Assembly (NCBI RefSeq): GCF_009834535.1
Contig: NC_045696.1
Coordinates: 83,142,001-83,206,000, forward strand
Direction: 5' to 3'
DNA: 64,000 nucleotides
Origin: Camelus ferus
Taxonomy: Eukaryota
Shown: positions 11,951 through 25,519 of the stretch, piece by piece
Layout: every line of letters starts with the position of its first letter
Position numbering within the stretch: the first letter of the stretch is position 1
Notes under the pieces: model-generated
What the model was told of the DNA's origin: nothing
Seen by the model: only the letters and a program-made list of their open reading frames with translations
The model's database searches: none
Translations under genes and position numbers: made by a program

Positions 11951-12796
11951 TGTTCTGACTTTGTGGAGCCAGAGTATCAGGAGTCTAATTAAGGAACACT
12001 AAAGCATTTCCATTTTTATGCAGATGTTTTAATTGATATTATTATGATTAACCATAGCATATAAACAAATCTGCCATTTTACTGAATGCATTTTAAAGCA
12101 ATCATTAAGCTTTGATCCTCTTAAAATACAGCGAATAGAGGGAGAACAAAAAGAGCAGCTCTGCCTCACAAAGAAAAGAAAAAGCAGCAGCAGACTGGCA
12201 GCAAACTGTTACTTTTGAAAGAGGTTATGCTAATTTATTTTGATCAGAAGTGATTTGATGCTTGAGCTCTGTTGTGTGGATATATAAGAAAAACTGCTCA
12301 CATTTGTAAAGATATTTTTTTCTCGGTCCACTTAAGCATGTTGAACCATTGGTTCTCTGCATTTTAAAATCCAGGAGGGGTCTAGATTTTAAGGCTATTT
12401 CAGGTAAATTCTAACTATATAAAAAAAAAGACTTCTAGCAGAGGTTCAGCTGTTAAAACTGAAAGGTCCCAATCCTTCTCTCCGTTATGTTAATTCAAAG
12501 TACTTTTTGGCTCCATTTCACTGCATTGCATTTCACCAGCCCCCACCACCCTGCACCCCCTCATACATACCTACATAGCAACCATTTATTGTGCAAAGGG
12601 AAGAAAGATAAAAGATGATGAATTCGATAGGAAGCTTTGAAGAAGTAATTCTGGTCCCACTTTTCTTGCTAACATCACCTTAAAACATTTGATGGCATTA
12701 AATATTGATAATGTGATTGTCTATGAAAGAATTTATGGGAATTATCTAAAAATAGAGAAAAGAGGTGACTATAATGAGATATATTCTTTCACACAC

Positions 12797-12982
12797 CAAC
12801 TTTGTGCAAAGCCTTCAGTTGTCCTCGAATCTCTCCTTCCTCCTCCTTATCTTCTTCATCTTGGTGGGTGAGAGGCAGAGAGGTGGCCACATACGGAAGC
12901 AGTGGAGGTGGGCTCTTGAATTGAAGACCTGGAAACCTCACAAAGTGTACCTCCTCTCCTTCTTCCTCTAGCTCATCATTAT
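12797..12982 (-). CDS. EGFEM1: Acidic/Pro-rich linker exon, open, 186 nt: DNDELEEEGEEVHFVRFPGLQFKSPPPLLPYVATSLPLTHQDEEDKEEEGEIRGQLKALHKV
   Basis: ctttag|AT...GTT G|gtgtgt. It sits where MEGF6 has its acidic linker (…AELRGEHTLTEKFV). The true acceptor may lie 6 nt further 5', where the sequence reads CG rather than AG. Confidence 0.82.
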
Positions 12983-15217
12983 CTAAAGCGAAGACCACAC
13001 AGGAAAATGGCTGGATTCAACATGCTGGTTAAAAAAAGGAAAAACTGAGTGAGGGTTAGTGAGAGAAATGAGCGCGTTTGAAGTAGACAGCCAAGGCAGG
13101 GAGGGGGTGGCTGAAAGGTAACACTCTTTGAGAAGACCATTTCAAACAGTCTATTGTAAATGAAGGTGAGAAACAGGGAGCCACTGAGTTGAAACTGCTG
13201 CAGAGAGAACAAAGGAAAAGAAAGATCTCAGCCTGTGAAGAGAGAAAGGGGAGGACAGGCTGAGTTAGAGAATAGATGGTCTCCATGCTCCTGAAGAACA
13301 CGATGATGGTCGAAGGCATTTAGAAGAGATTTGATAAAATTCTTCAAAGCAACTCACAGATGCAAGTTTTTCCATCACTTCCAATTCTGTAGCCGTCCTC
13401 ACAAGCACACTAATAGGTCCCCACAGAGTTAATGCACAGTTGGTCACAGACTGCACTGACATCCAGACACTCATCTACATCTAAGAAAATTTAAACAATG
13501 TCTACTCTTAGGCATCAAGAAATAAAATAGATGTGATGAACTCATGGGCCTATTTGTTCCCTTTATTAACCAGTAATAATGTTTTGCCATATAGAAGCAT
13601 AGCCCTGAATTCTCCCTCCAGTATACCCGGCCAATTATTTTCCCTTCACTCATTTCCAAGTTTACCATAGCTTGTCTACATAGACAAGGTCTTCCTGAGA
13701 GCTTGCTCATGAGGTTTTAATGAAGAATTAAAAAGTTAAATTAAATGGTCTCAGGCTGTGCACCATTTTGCAGAATGTTCATTCACTACTGAATTATTCA
13801 ATACCTACGGTGAGGCATTTATTCCATACATGATTCTGTACAAGGTCTGTGACAAATCTGAGAAATGGAAGAATCCCAGGCCTTGCTCTCATATGGCTTA
13901 GCGGTGTCTGTCCACGTCTGAGCCCGGACTTTGATCAATGTGTTCGCGATACTATAAGTTCAGTTATGAAGCTGAGTTTGTAGGCCTGGCCTCAGATTGT
14001 GGATACCCTTCCCATGTGGTTGTGTGTACCCAAGGATGTACATTCACGCCATACAATCATTTCTTGGCTCATCCTGCTGAAGAGCAGATGGTACGTGAAA
14101 GTCAATTTTTTTTGGCCCCGTTAATTGGACGGGATGTGGTAAGTGGTAATATGCTCTACTGTGTTTAGGATATATAGATATCATAGTTGGCTGTTCTCTG
14201 CTGTTATCTACACTGCCAGGCTGGGGAGCTTGGCATCGATATGAAGAAACACACCTATTATCCCCAACAGAATTCAAGAATTCATTTATTTAAGCCAAGA
14301 AACACTATTTTATCTGAGGCATCAAAGTCTTCTTTCATAATTTGACTGTCATTGAAATAGATATCAATCTTCTAATCGTTGCTTTGATTTCAAGAAAACT
14401 ATAGTCCAAAATAATGGTAATCATGAACAAATGAAAATTTAAAGCATATATATTTAAGGTAAACTTTTAAAAGTAATTTACAGCAATGACTTGCATGAGC
14501 TCTTCTTAATGGTATAAAAAACTCAATTTACTCCTTAAATTCGAACTCTCCTATGATATTATAAGAATATAGCTATCAGCTAAAAGTCATCTAAAAGGTA
14601 AGTGAACCAATTTCAACCAATAAGTTGGAAAACTGTTAAGTGATTCATTTTAAAACTTGCAATAGCGAGATTCATATTGGATCTGTAAAGGATTCTGACA
14701 AAGATTTGGACTGTGGCTCATGAACTGGCTATCCTTTTGCTACGGTCCTCTAATTAAAATGACTCTCAGTAATCAACTTTCTGATTCCAGTCAAGCTTGC
14801 CATGAATGACTCCTACCACAGGGTGCTGTGTATGGCTTGCCGGAATCTCTCACTTGTGCACATACAGTACATTAGGTAAAGGGGTTTATGGGTCGGTGAA
14901 TACTATAATCGCAATAGCTAGTCTAGTTGAGGGATTTCTCGATGTCTATCTGGGTGGTGGGCACTTTACATGAATGACTTTCCTTCATTGATGCACTACT
15001 GCCGTTATCGTCTTCACCTTCCTGATGAAGACTTGAGGCTCAGAGCACTTGGTGTCTCCCAAGTTCACACAACAGCACATGGTAGAGCGTCAGAGAGATC
15101 CAAGTCACTTCAGTGTCAAAGCCTTCCCTTTCCCACCCGAACCCTCTGCCCCAGGGTTCCTCCTGCGTGAACTGCCCCATCACATCAGTAATTTCATGTT
15201 AGGACTCGGGAGTTCAC

Positions 15218-15338
15218 CGTCACACCCACGGCCATCAGGACTGAGCCCACAGCCCTCCTGGCAGCTGCGTTCGGAGCGTCCTAAACAGCTGGTGCAGAGC
15301 TGGGCACAGCAGGCTTCTCCACTCACACTGGCCAGGGT
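15218..15338 (-). pseudogene. EGFEM1: Frameshifted EGF exon, 121 nt (apparent 2-nt deletion); premature TGA at 15237-15235 in the incoming frame
   Basis: cttcag|AC CCT GGC CAG TGT GAG TGG... reads DPGQCEWRSLL...AQS*. The EGF frame (GEACCAQLCTSCLGRSERSCQEGCGLSPDGRGCD) is offset from it. Two Cys-to-Arg changes. Weak donor gtgaac. Confidence 0.88.
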
Positions 15339-18300
15339 CTGAAGGGCAAGGTCTCTGTTACTGAAGATACAGGGAGTCAGCCAACCTACAGAAGTGCTGA
15401 TCAGCCTCACTTCTAAATGAGAACAGTTTTACTCATCGTCATTTTCTATTTCTTGGGCTGCAGAGTAGAGACACTGACGAAACTATGACACAAAGAACAA
15501 GGCCCGCATTTGGGTTTATGTGTCTTGCATGCTTCCCCTCTGCCTGGTATTTACTTGAAAAGCATGTAAATAATCTCCAAACGCATTTATAAGCACAGGG
15601 AAAGAGATCTCTGCTATTTTTCCAGTTTAAACAGCAATCTGACTGAATAAACAAAGAATCTGAAGAGGAAAAAAAAAAAAACAAAATAACTTGAGAAGAC
15701 GAGCCAAAAATTCCATTTAGCCAACCTCAGACGGAAGAACATTCCCAAGCAAAAGGAATTCACACCGCTGGGAAGAGAAGTGGTTAACTGCAATTTGGAG
15801 AGAGGGCAGACGGTCATTTTAAATATTATGTGTTAAATTACAGAATATTTCAGGGCATTTGCTTGAACTTTCCGATGATGCTTTGACTGGGATAAATTTT
15901 TATTATAATCGGTGACACCATTATCCTGGAATGTCCTATCAAAGATAAACAGCTTTCTAAGCGATGATCTTCAGGTCTTTAGAATTCTATAATCCTGCAC
16001 ATGTCTTCCTAAGATATAATTGCCCTAGGGAAAATCAAAACGCACCAGAAGACTTCAAATTGAAAGCTATCAGCCAAAGGATAATCAACTTATCCTGTTT
16101 TGAGGTGATCATTTCTCATAGAATTGGCTAAGAAGTAGCAACAGACTCCTCACCCAATGCTACATCCAGGCTAGACACCTGGGAATTGTGTAGTCAGGGG
16201 TTTTGGCTATATGCCCTTGGTTCAGTTCAACCCCCTGTGTTTGTTGAGCTGTTAAGTTGGGTGGCCTGTCAGTGCTGAGTTTACAAAATCCCATTGCTCC
16301 ATAACTACATGAGCAGCCACAGATATAAAAGGTCAGTGTCTCAATTAACCTTGGAAAGGGTACCAATGTAAGGGGATGCAGACAAGAGAAAGGAAGGAAA
16401 GAAAATGCAATCCATCAGCTAAGGTGAGGGGTCACCATAAAATATCTAAATGAAGGTCATTTGGACACAAAACAGTCTTTCTCCTGCAAAATGTCACAAG
16501 CAGTGCTACTCACAGAACTCTCTATATTTTTTTCGTTTCTTGTATTAAGCCTTCCTTTGTCCTTTGGTTTAAATAGTAAGAATATAGAGGACAAAAAAAA
16601 AAACTTTTAAAAATTCAGTTTCATTTTATCTAAAACATTATCTTTTATGTTTTGGGGGTTTTCTTATTTCAAGATTTTTTAAGAAGTCTCCTCAGATGCC
16701 ACCAAAACCTTAAACATACCTGTCCCATGATGCTCTGGACTCAACTAGCAAGGAGCACAACTGTGTCACGTAACTGGAAAGATGAGTTCCTCCATCTATT
16801 ATCTTATGATCCGTTTTGTATTCTTTTTCTGTTATCATTCCTCTGGGCTACTTCTTGTCTCATGTCTGGAACTCATCTGAAACCCCATCCATCCTTTCTT
16901 AAAATGTCCTGTCTCTTCAACCCTTACATTACCTGTTTCCTAAATTTCTTTATTCCTTTTCAGATCATATGTGGTAAAATCTTTGCTTGCTTATTTTTTC
17001 TTTTTACTTTTCCTCCTCTGTGATGATTATATATTTCCTACACTGGCCAATATACCAGATACTGCAACGCTGTGGAGAAATTCACCTGTACATAAAAATT
17101 TAGCCCTAATCATAAATAGAGCATTAATTGTAATTAGGCAAAACAATTAAACATTTCACTTGTGATTTCAGAAAAGCATCAAAAGTAAACCTTAAAAAAA
17201 AACTTGACCTTCTGTATCTATCCCCCATACACAGTCACTGAACAAAGTTTCAAAGATAAGAATAAAACTTTTTTCTAATCACTACCCACTGTTAAATTTA
17301 GTGAATTTACTGCTGGTCAGACACTTGCATTTTGTGTAGCTGTCTTTCAAATTGTGTTAACACATTTCTAGATTTCAGCCCTAATAGATTTTGGCATTTG
17401 GGCAAGATTGACCACATACAGACAGGATGACTTATTTTCACATTCATTTTTATGTTCTCATGTAAAAAAAAGTTGATCCTAAAATAAGATAAAAGGAAAA
17501 TTATTTCATTTCCCTCATGCATGAATGTTTTTACAAAGCATCCATGGCTTTTATCTGTTCTCAAGCAAAGAAGCAAAGCATGTATATGTACACGCCAAAC
17601 AAGTCATTGCCTCTACTCTAGTGAATATTTGGTCTTTAGGAATGAGTGTTATTTATTTGTTGGAAAATGAAATAAATTTGAGCCATAAAGAACATAATGT
17701 TGTCATGTTGACTGCTGAAATCTCATAAATATGCAATTTTCTACATTTTGACCCTGGCAGATGCGATTTTTCTGGCTGTAAATAAGAAGTTTACTGAATT
17801 GTACTTTTCAAAGAATAACAAAAGATACCAAATTATAAGCTGCAAACAAAAGGTTTAGCAAAATTCCATTTTCCCTTATCCAATAGTCAGATGAGAAAGA
17901 TAAGTAGGAAGGAATGGAGTGAGGGAGGGAGGAAAGACGGAAGGAAGCCCTTTTTTTTCCCCCAAAGAAACAAATATTAGCAAGGTGGAAAATCATAAGC
18001 ATATTTTTCATTACATAAAAAGAGGTAAGGCAAGCACCTGGTTTCATTAAGTTAAACACTGTAGATTCTGAGAAATGTAGAAGGTAATATTGGATCAAGA
18101 TACACAAGTAATGACATTGTTTTGGTTAAATAATTTATGAAAGCAGAGAACTTCAAAATCCCTTGAAGTTCACTCTGTCACAGTAGTGCCAAAAAAAAAC
18201 CCAAAAACCCAAGTGCTTAGGCCTTTGAAATTTACCTTCTCTTTTATGGTTCTCCAACATGTCTAACCATACTGAGTAGCATGAAATGGTCAAAAAAATT

Positions 18301-19090
18301 TTTTTAGTACTCATATTGTAATTTTTAAGAAAGACGATATAAAGTATCACAAAAGAAAACAAGCAAATATGGTATCGTAATTCCTGAATAACGGAAAATT
18401 GCCTTAGAGGCTTGTAGGTTCCCTTAGACCTCGCGCATATAGTAATACAGTTTGATGCTTTCCCTATTTCTGGTAGATGTTTCTTTTTCTCAGAAGTTCT
18501 AGATTAAACATTTCATTATAAAGCAAGGCTGGGGTGGAATTTATTCTTCTCATTGTCGCAAATGATATAAGTTCTAATATGTTGAAAAAGCTATCCATTA
18601 AAAATGGGCTTGAGCTGTGACTTCCAAAGAATAATACCCTTTAAAATTTTCTTTTGGAATGTAGTTACCTGCCACAACAAAGGTGAACACGCCTCCAAAT
18701 CATCACCAAGTTGAAACCCTGTGCACGTGATTTAGCTTCTGTTTGAGATGGAGAGAAGTAGGTGCGCGGTAGCATTTGTTGTTTGAATTACGAATTACAT
18801 TAAATGGTTAGATAAGCCTTGGAACAGTTTCCAGAAATAAAACTGTTAAGTCCATATATATTGTTAATATGTTTTAAATCTCCTTTAACTTCAAAGTAAA
18901 TATCTAAACACAATAATATCTTCTGTCAATATTTCTTTTACATTTATCCAGTAGCCAGAGACACTGTTCAATTTACTTCTCCTTGCAGTTTGAGAGATGT
19001 GGCTACGTTACAGCACTAAGTATTAGAGAGGAAAGGGCTAAATGAATCCAGGACAACTTCTGAAGGAAGATGGCATTTACCATACATTAC

Positions 19091-19228
19091 CTATGCATGT
19101 TTTCTCATCTGAATCAAGCCGGTGTCCATGGTTACAGGAGCAACGGTGCCCACCAACTGTATGTTCACAGTGGTGGGAACAACCACCATTGTTCTTTTCA
19201 CAGCTATTGACAACCTCCAATTCAATCC
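19091..19228 (-). CDS. EGFEM1: EGF exon, intact, 138 nt: RIELEVVNSCEKNNGGCSHHCEHTVGGHRCSCNHGHRLDSDEKTCI
   Basis: ttggaaag|GG...ATA G|gtaatg. Six Cys present. Matches part of ORF 19077-19295. Confidence 0.93.
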   Translation of the reverse strand, partial: GLNWRLSIAVKRTMVVVPTTVNIQLVGTVAPVTMDTGLIQMRKHA

Positions 19229-22200
19229 CTTTCCAAAACAAGCAAAAGAGGATTATTAGCATAACAACAGAGAAATCTGAATGTATGTCCACCATGGGTA
19301 CACGTTTTTGGTTGGGAAGATGACAGACTTTACTGGAAACCTGTTAACACTCTAAACTCATAAAAGTCTGAAGGTTATTAAGCATTGTAAATGTCTGTAC
19401 TGTATCGAAATACTAATAAATCTATAAACAATGTTCAATTGACAGAGCAATGGAGGAAGGTAACGAGTTCACCAGTGGTAATTTAAACACATCTTAAAGG
19501 GCACTCACCTCTGGGAATTCTCAGTATCTTTAGGACATAAAAAAAATGTATGTACTGAATCAATGATCAGAAAGCAAATAGGATGTCTGCCAGTTGACAT
19601 TTCTGTTCTCAAGCTAATGGTATGTTATTGCCTGTCCTTTTTATAGTCTATGAGTACATGGAAATACTGTTAAAAATAGCACAAAACCAATGAATTAGCT
19701 GATTACATGTAACTAGTATCAAGCCAGTGTGCGAATCAGTTTGATATATATGAGAGTCACTTATGACATAAACATACTATTACTCTGAAAACCAATTTGC
19801 TGATCCCAGTACGTGCCACTAATTTGGGGCATCTGGGGGGACTTCAGCCTCACTAGATGGATGCCAATTGTCCTGACTGTACAGGTATTATGATCAATCA
19901 TTTTCTAAATGAGAAAATGAAAAACAAAAGGATGCTTTGAATCATTGTTTAAAATAAGGAATTAGATACTTTGCTCTTTTCACCATTTGGCCTCTCTTGT
20001 TCTTCATTTGTGTAGCTTGGACACACCTCTTATGAGAGTGATTACACTGATTCATTTCCTTCCATTCTGAACTCTTAAATCCTTTGAAAGGAGAAATATG
20101 GGAAAGAACAGGACAAGGGTACTTGAGATTGTGGCATCCCTTGAAAGCCTGTATCACCATTCAAACTGCCAAGGTACCTGCTACAGTCCCTGTGCAGTCA
20201 CAGCACAGAAGCCATCCTCCTGACCCCAGCCTCCAGTCTACAGCAGGCAGAGGGTGCTCCCAGAGCACCCAGTGCACATCCCTGTCACTCCTCTGTGCCT
20301 TGTATTACCAGCTCATAACAGATGTTCAAAAACAGGTTTTGAATGATTAAATAAACAAAAGAAGGATTATGCGAATCAATTTGTTGTTGAAAATAAGAAC
20401 GCCTTTGGGTTTAGAAACAGCTAGTTCAGGACCAAGTACAATTAGAAAACTAAAGGAGAGATTGAAATAATTAAGGGAACTGATATTTTTCACAATATGT
20501 TAACATACTCTTTAGGGAAACATTCCAAATTCTGGCTGCTATTCTTGTTTCTTTTTTTTTTTTTTCTCCAGTGATCAATGCAGCTCTAGGACTGCTGGTG
20601 TAATTTACTTTAAATATAAATGACATTATAGTAACTTCATAAAAAGTATGGGACTAAAACCAGTGCATACTCAGATCTATAACTGGCCACCGGAAGTAAG
20701 CTGAGATTTTGTGTTCCTGATACAGATGAAAATGATGTTTAACCATCATATTTTTAAAAATATATAATGTAAAAAAAAAACTTTAAAAATGATCCCTATA
20801 GTTTTTCATATGTAGCAAATAGTCATTATTTACTCGATATAGTATATATGAATTAAATATGTATGGAATTTAAGTTCACTATATATTGCTTGCTAATTTG
20901 GGGGAAGTTTTATTTAACCACGTGAGATCTGGAATTTTCCACTTTCTAATCACAATATAGTGATAGTTCATTCATATTATATTTTGAGGATTTGATGTAT
21001 ATGCTATACAGTATTTTGAGGGCCTCTGAGAAGACACTATATAAATACAAAATACTGTTGCCCTAAAACGAAGTTAAAACAATATTCACCTAAAATATAC
21101 TGTTATATGAAGGACACATAATTCATTGTTAAACATCACCATGTTCTGAAAACATTTACTCCACCTACAAGTTGTGAAACAATTCAAAATACCAGTTTTC
21201 ACCAAGAAAGTTTTGTAAGTCACTTAGTAAACACTGAGGTCTGGTGAGAGCTACACAAAGAACTTAGCCAAATATTCACATAAGGGAAATAAATGTAAAA
21301 ATACACTTCTACCAAATGTATTCAACTCTAGGGCAAATTGCTTTCCCAAGTAAATTCTACAGAAGGCCTGTACCTCATAACTCATTAGCAATAATGGCCC
21401 CCTCTTTCATGATAACTGGGAACGCACCAGTCAGATTGCAGAAGATTTTATTTCAGGCATCTGTAAAATATACTCATCTCCTAAACCTCTGGCCACATTA
21501 AAAAGCCAAAATATTTATAAGAAAGAAAAACCCATCCACATTTCTCTCTGCCTGAAAGGACTCCTCAGGGCACTGAGAGAAAGACTCACTTCAGAAGAAG
21601 CTGTATCCTAATTAGTAGTTAATTCTTCTCTCCCATTTTATTTAGTTTGCTCTTTAAAAGACAAATATCACTGTAGCGAAACTGCACTGTCTTTAAGCAG
21701 TAGAAATATACCAACAGACCTTAAGGCTACGTTGGCCACCCAGGCATTAAAGAAACATAAAATTTCATGCAGTGGAGGAGAATGAAGAATTCAGTGAAGT
21801 TAAAAATGTCTCTTCACGAGAGAGCTTAGGTAAGAACACAACATTACTTATTCTATTCATCACCATTTTTATCCTCTTCCTTGGTTAAAACTGATAAAGA
21901 GACATATGATATATACAAATACATGATGAACTTGAAAGGGTAGAATATTTGGAACCTAAAGATCCTTGTTCAGTTTCAGTTCAGTCCCTTACTGATTTTG
22001 CATGATTGGATTTTTGGCTTCGACCTGGAATGGATGGTTTACTAACATGTAGAGAACTGGGAAGAGCATCTTTGGAACTGAGACCGGAAATGAGACACGG
22101 TACCACAATCTAGAGCTGCTCTTTGTGCTGCTGGCTCCTTCTCTCCCACTAGTTCATTCTCCCTGAGTTTTACAACGTAGTTACTAGTGTTCCATAAATA

Positions 22201-22535
22201 CTTCATTGCAGATGTGGTGAAGGAAGACAGACTCTTCACAAAGGAGAGCCTTGGGTCCAAGAGCGCCCCTAGCCGGAAGACCTGAGACTTAGCCCTTGCG
22301 GTCCACGCTGTGGATCATGATGCCAACCACTTTCGATGGACTCTGGACCCTTGCATCTTCAAATTAAAACAAAGAGGTTGGCCTTCTCAGCTCCCACCCG
22401 ACCCTACCCCAGTGGCAAACATTCTCAGGAGCTTCTGCTTTGGCAAGATATTCAGTGCAGCTCTTTTGTTCACTACTGTTGTTTAACACTTGTAAAATGC
22501 CACACATTTCCTGGGCTGCAACTGTTGCCACTTAC

Positions 22536-22658
22536 TATAACACTGTTTTCCATCAGCTCCCAGCTCAAAGCCAGGGTGGCAGGCACACATGAAAGATCCC
22601 ACTGTGTTCACACAGCGATGGCTACAGGGAGCGAGCCCTTCAGCACACTTGTTGATGG
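22536..22658 (-). CDS. EGFEM1: Calcium-binding-type EGF exon, intact, 123 nt: [41 protein letters not shown]
   Basis: ttctgcag|CC...TAT A|gtaagt. All six Cys are present. Missed by the ORF track because it has no start codon in frame. Confidence 0.93.
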
Positions 22659-24372
22659 CTGCAGAAAGAGATACACAGTAGTGGTGACTTCCAAGCTGGA
22701 ATTAAAATTTATTTGTAAACTATAAAAATGAACTGGAAAGCATCCCCTGCCCACCCCACCCCCCGCCAACATTAAGTGTAACAATAAAGTATCACATAGG
22801 CTCCATATGTGCAAATAAACCAACTGCTAATGACATTAACTCTAGTGTTGGTCTTAGGCTCTTAAACACTTCTCTCTATTAGAACTTACTAATATCTGTC
22901 AATTCAAAGAAAGAGAACAGAAAACAAACAAACAAATAGGCCTTTTCTATCCCCTACAGAGTGAAAGTCATTGTAATTTGTCTTTAGAAATATATATCAA
23001 ATTCTTCACCGAAAATGCTATCTCTCTGATTTAAAGTACACAGTATAAGTGGTCATACACAAAGCAGATCTGGGGCTGTCATCAGTAGAAATCCACAGTG
23101 GATGTTGTACCTATGATTGTCACAGGGCAGTGCCATTTAAACACTGGTGCCCTCTCTCTCTCCTGACACCGATAGTCAAGTAACATCATTTTGTAGCCCA
23201 GGTAGTCCTTGCTCCTTCCCTTTAAGTGGACAGGTCTCACCATCATTTTCCCAACTAGAACTTCCTCCTTATACTGGCCAGCATGTCATCCCCATTAGGA
23301 CTCTTGAGACAAGTACTCCTTCTAAGGTATTTGTAAAACCCTAAGCAGGCAGTGCCTTTGGGGATAGACTTCCTAGGAATAACGCACCAGATATTAAAAT
23401 AAAAATTTGAAAAAGATTTTACATAGATATATATAGGTGCATATGTATATATCTATATATGTATGTATTTATCAATTTTCTACAAATATTGAATGAGATC
23501 TTATTCTTTACCAGATGTTGAGCAAGGTAGGTGTTATGTAAACAGAGGACCAAAACAGAAATGTTCTTTGTCAGAAAAGTATGTTAACACCACCAAAAAT
23601 TTTATCTTAGTTTTGGCTTAAAGAAAGAAAGAAAAAAAAAAAAACCTAACTTAATACTAATTTTCGTATCTAATTCTTTTGCAATTTTGCAAAGTGTTTA
23701 TCAGTCCCATAAGTCAGGAAACATTTTGTATTTTCATAATTAATCCAAATAAACTGTTTCTCATTTCATGGCAAAGTCGTGATAAAAATGAAGGATTCTG
23801 TGATTTCTCAGAAGTTATTAAAACAAAGACTGTCCCACAGGAATGGCTTCATTTATCAGTTCTGGTCTTGAAGTAATTTATCACTTTCATCTTTGAATTG
23901 AAGTATGTCTGTTTTGCTATTTCTAGGAAACAGAAATATGTAACCTTGTATTTATAGAGTTTCTTTTTTTTTTTTTTCAGTTTTAATTATTCCTAACTTC
24001 TGAGAACACTCATTTGCACATACTTGTTTTTCAAAGGTTATCCCCACCTTCTGTAGCATGTAATAAAAAACTCCCTGTGCGGTTATGGAAGGTTTTGAAA
24101 TATTAATTCTGAAATTAACTGCAGAATGAGAAAAAGAAAGCAAAAAGCATTCATTCTGAAACCACACCAGATCATTTTTTTGTAACTAAAAATTTCACTG
24201 CGTTTTTATAGTATCATAAAATACCTTTCAGAATGATCAAATAAGAATATAAATGTTCCTTTTTAAGCATAAATGAAAACACCATTCTCCTAGCTGTTCT
24301 GACTATTCAAAACTGAATTACCACAAAATTTCAAACAATTACCCAATTAATCCATCAGCTTCAACGTCCTAC

Positions 24373-24492
24373 CTGCACAGGCCTTTTTGTCTTCAGACAG
24401 CTGGTACCCTGGATGACAGGCACACCTGGCCAAGCCATTCTCACTCTGACAGATGTGGGCATATCCATTCCTACCCGTGCAGGGGTCCACCT
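24373..24492 (-). CDS. EGFEM1: EGF exon, open frame, 120 nt: VDPCTGRNGYAHICQSENGLARCACHPGYQLSEDKKACA; the second Cys is replaced by Tyr
   Basis: ctttcag|AG...GCA G|gtagga; phase 1-1. TAT stands where the EGF consensus needs TGT. Confidence 0.9.
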
Positions 24493-25416
24493 CTGAAAGC
24501 AATTCAGCAGTGATAGTTGGCAATTCATTACCTTTAGAAAGAAATACAGAGTGGAAGTGTGGAAGAGGTAAGAGAACTAGGACCACAGGGTTTCTCATAT
24601 AAAGAGGGGAAAAACTCCAGAAAGTTCTTTCCCCACTTTCAGATGAAACCAATTCAACAAAAGGCTTCCCATTTTGTGATCTGAGCTCCCAAATCTGAAC
24701 AAATCCAAATGCAGATCAAAGCCAAAGAATTGGCTAACTTTATGCTTCTCAAAAGTATGTCTGCTGTGCTCTTGTACCCAAAGTTAGAGAGAGTCAGCAG
24801 GAACATCTCCATCTACCTTCGCATTTTCTCCTCCTTCTCTCTCCACCTCCTCTGCTCCTCTGAGGAGCAGTTATTCTCAGATAAGCCTTTTATTGCCTCT
24901 AGATCTCCTATGCCATTGGCTAAGCAACCTCGGTGTGAGGAGAAGGCCAACCAGAGCGACATGGGAGATTCTTGGCTACAGCTGCCATGGAGATGGCATA
25001 GGGAAGTTCAGATTCCACCAGACTTAGCCCCGACCTCCTTCTCCTCTCACTTGCTCTTGTCTTAGTTAGTCTTAGTCGTATTCTCGGGACGTCCAAAGGA
25101 ATGCGAGGCCACGCATCCTACCAAGGATACCTCCACACAGAGCTTATACATTGAATTGATGAGTTAAGTGATTCTGGCCTGACTCTGTATCAGCCTTGAC
25201 TACATTACAGTTGTTGGGGTGCGAATTTCTACTCCTGCCTGCTCCCTCTTCCCTTTTTAAAAATAATGCACAGAATACAAAAAGCAGAACAGCATATAAA
25301 GCTACCATATGCCCACATTCACCCGGTTCCAACCCAACCACTATCATACATTGATGCTTTCATTAGCTTATTGTAAATCCTTCCAGACTTTCTTTATGAA
25401 ATATAAGTAATTTAAA

Positions 25417-25426
25417 TGTCTGTCTG

Positions 25427-25478
<52 letters not shown>

Positions 25479-25492
25479 CCTATCTATCAATC
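25417..25492. repeat. (TCTG)n(TCTA)n tetranucleotide microsatellite
   Basis: Directly visible. Confidence 0.95.
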
Positions 25493-25519
25493 ACAGATAC
25501 AATATACATTGTTCTGATC

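Noticed and set aside
20252-20270. Perfect 8-bp hairpin GGGTGCTC-CCA-GAGCACCC
   Set aside because: Several stems of this size are expected by chance in 64 kb.
23420-23465. 11-bp AT-rich inverted repeat
   Set aside because: Low-complexity (TA)n-derived sequence.
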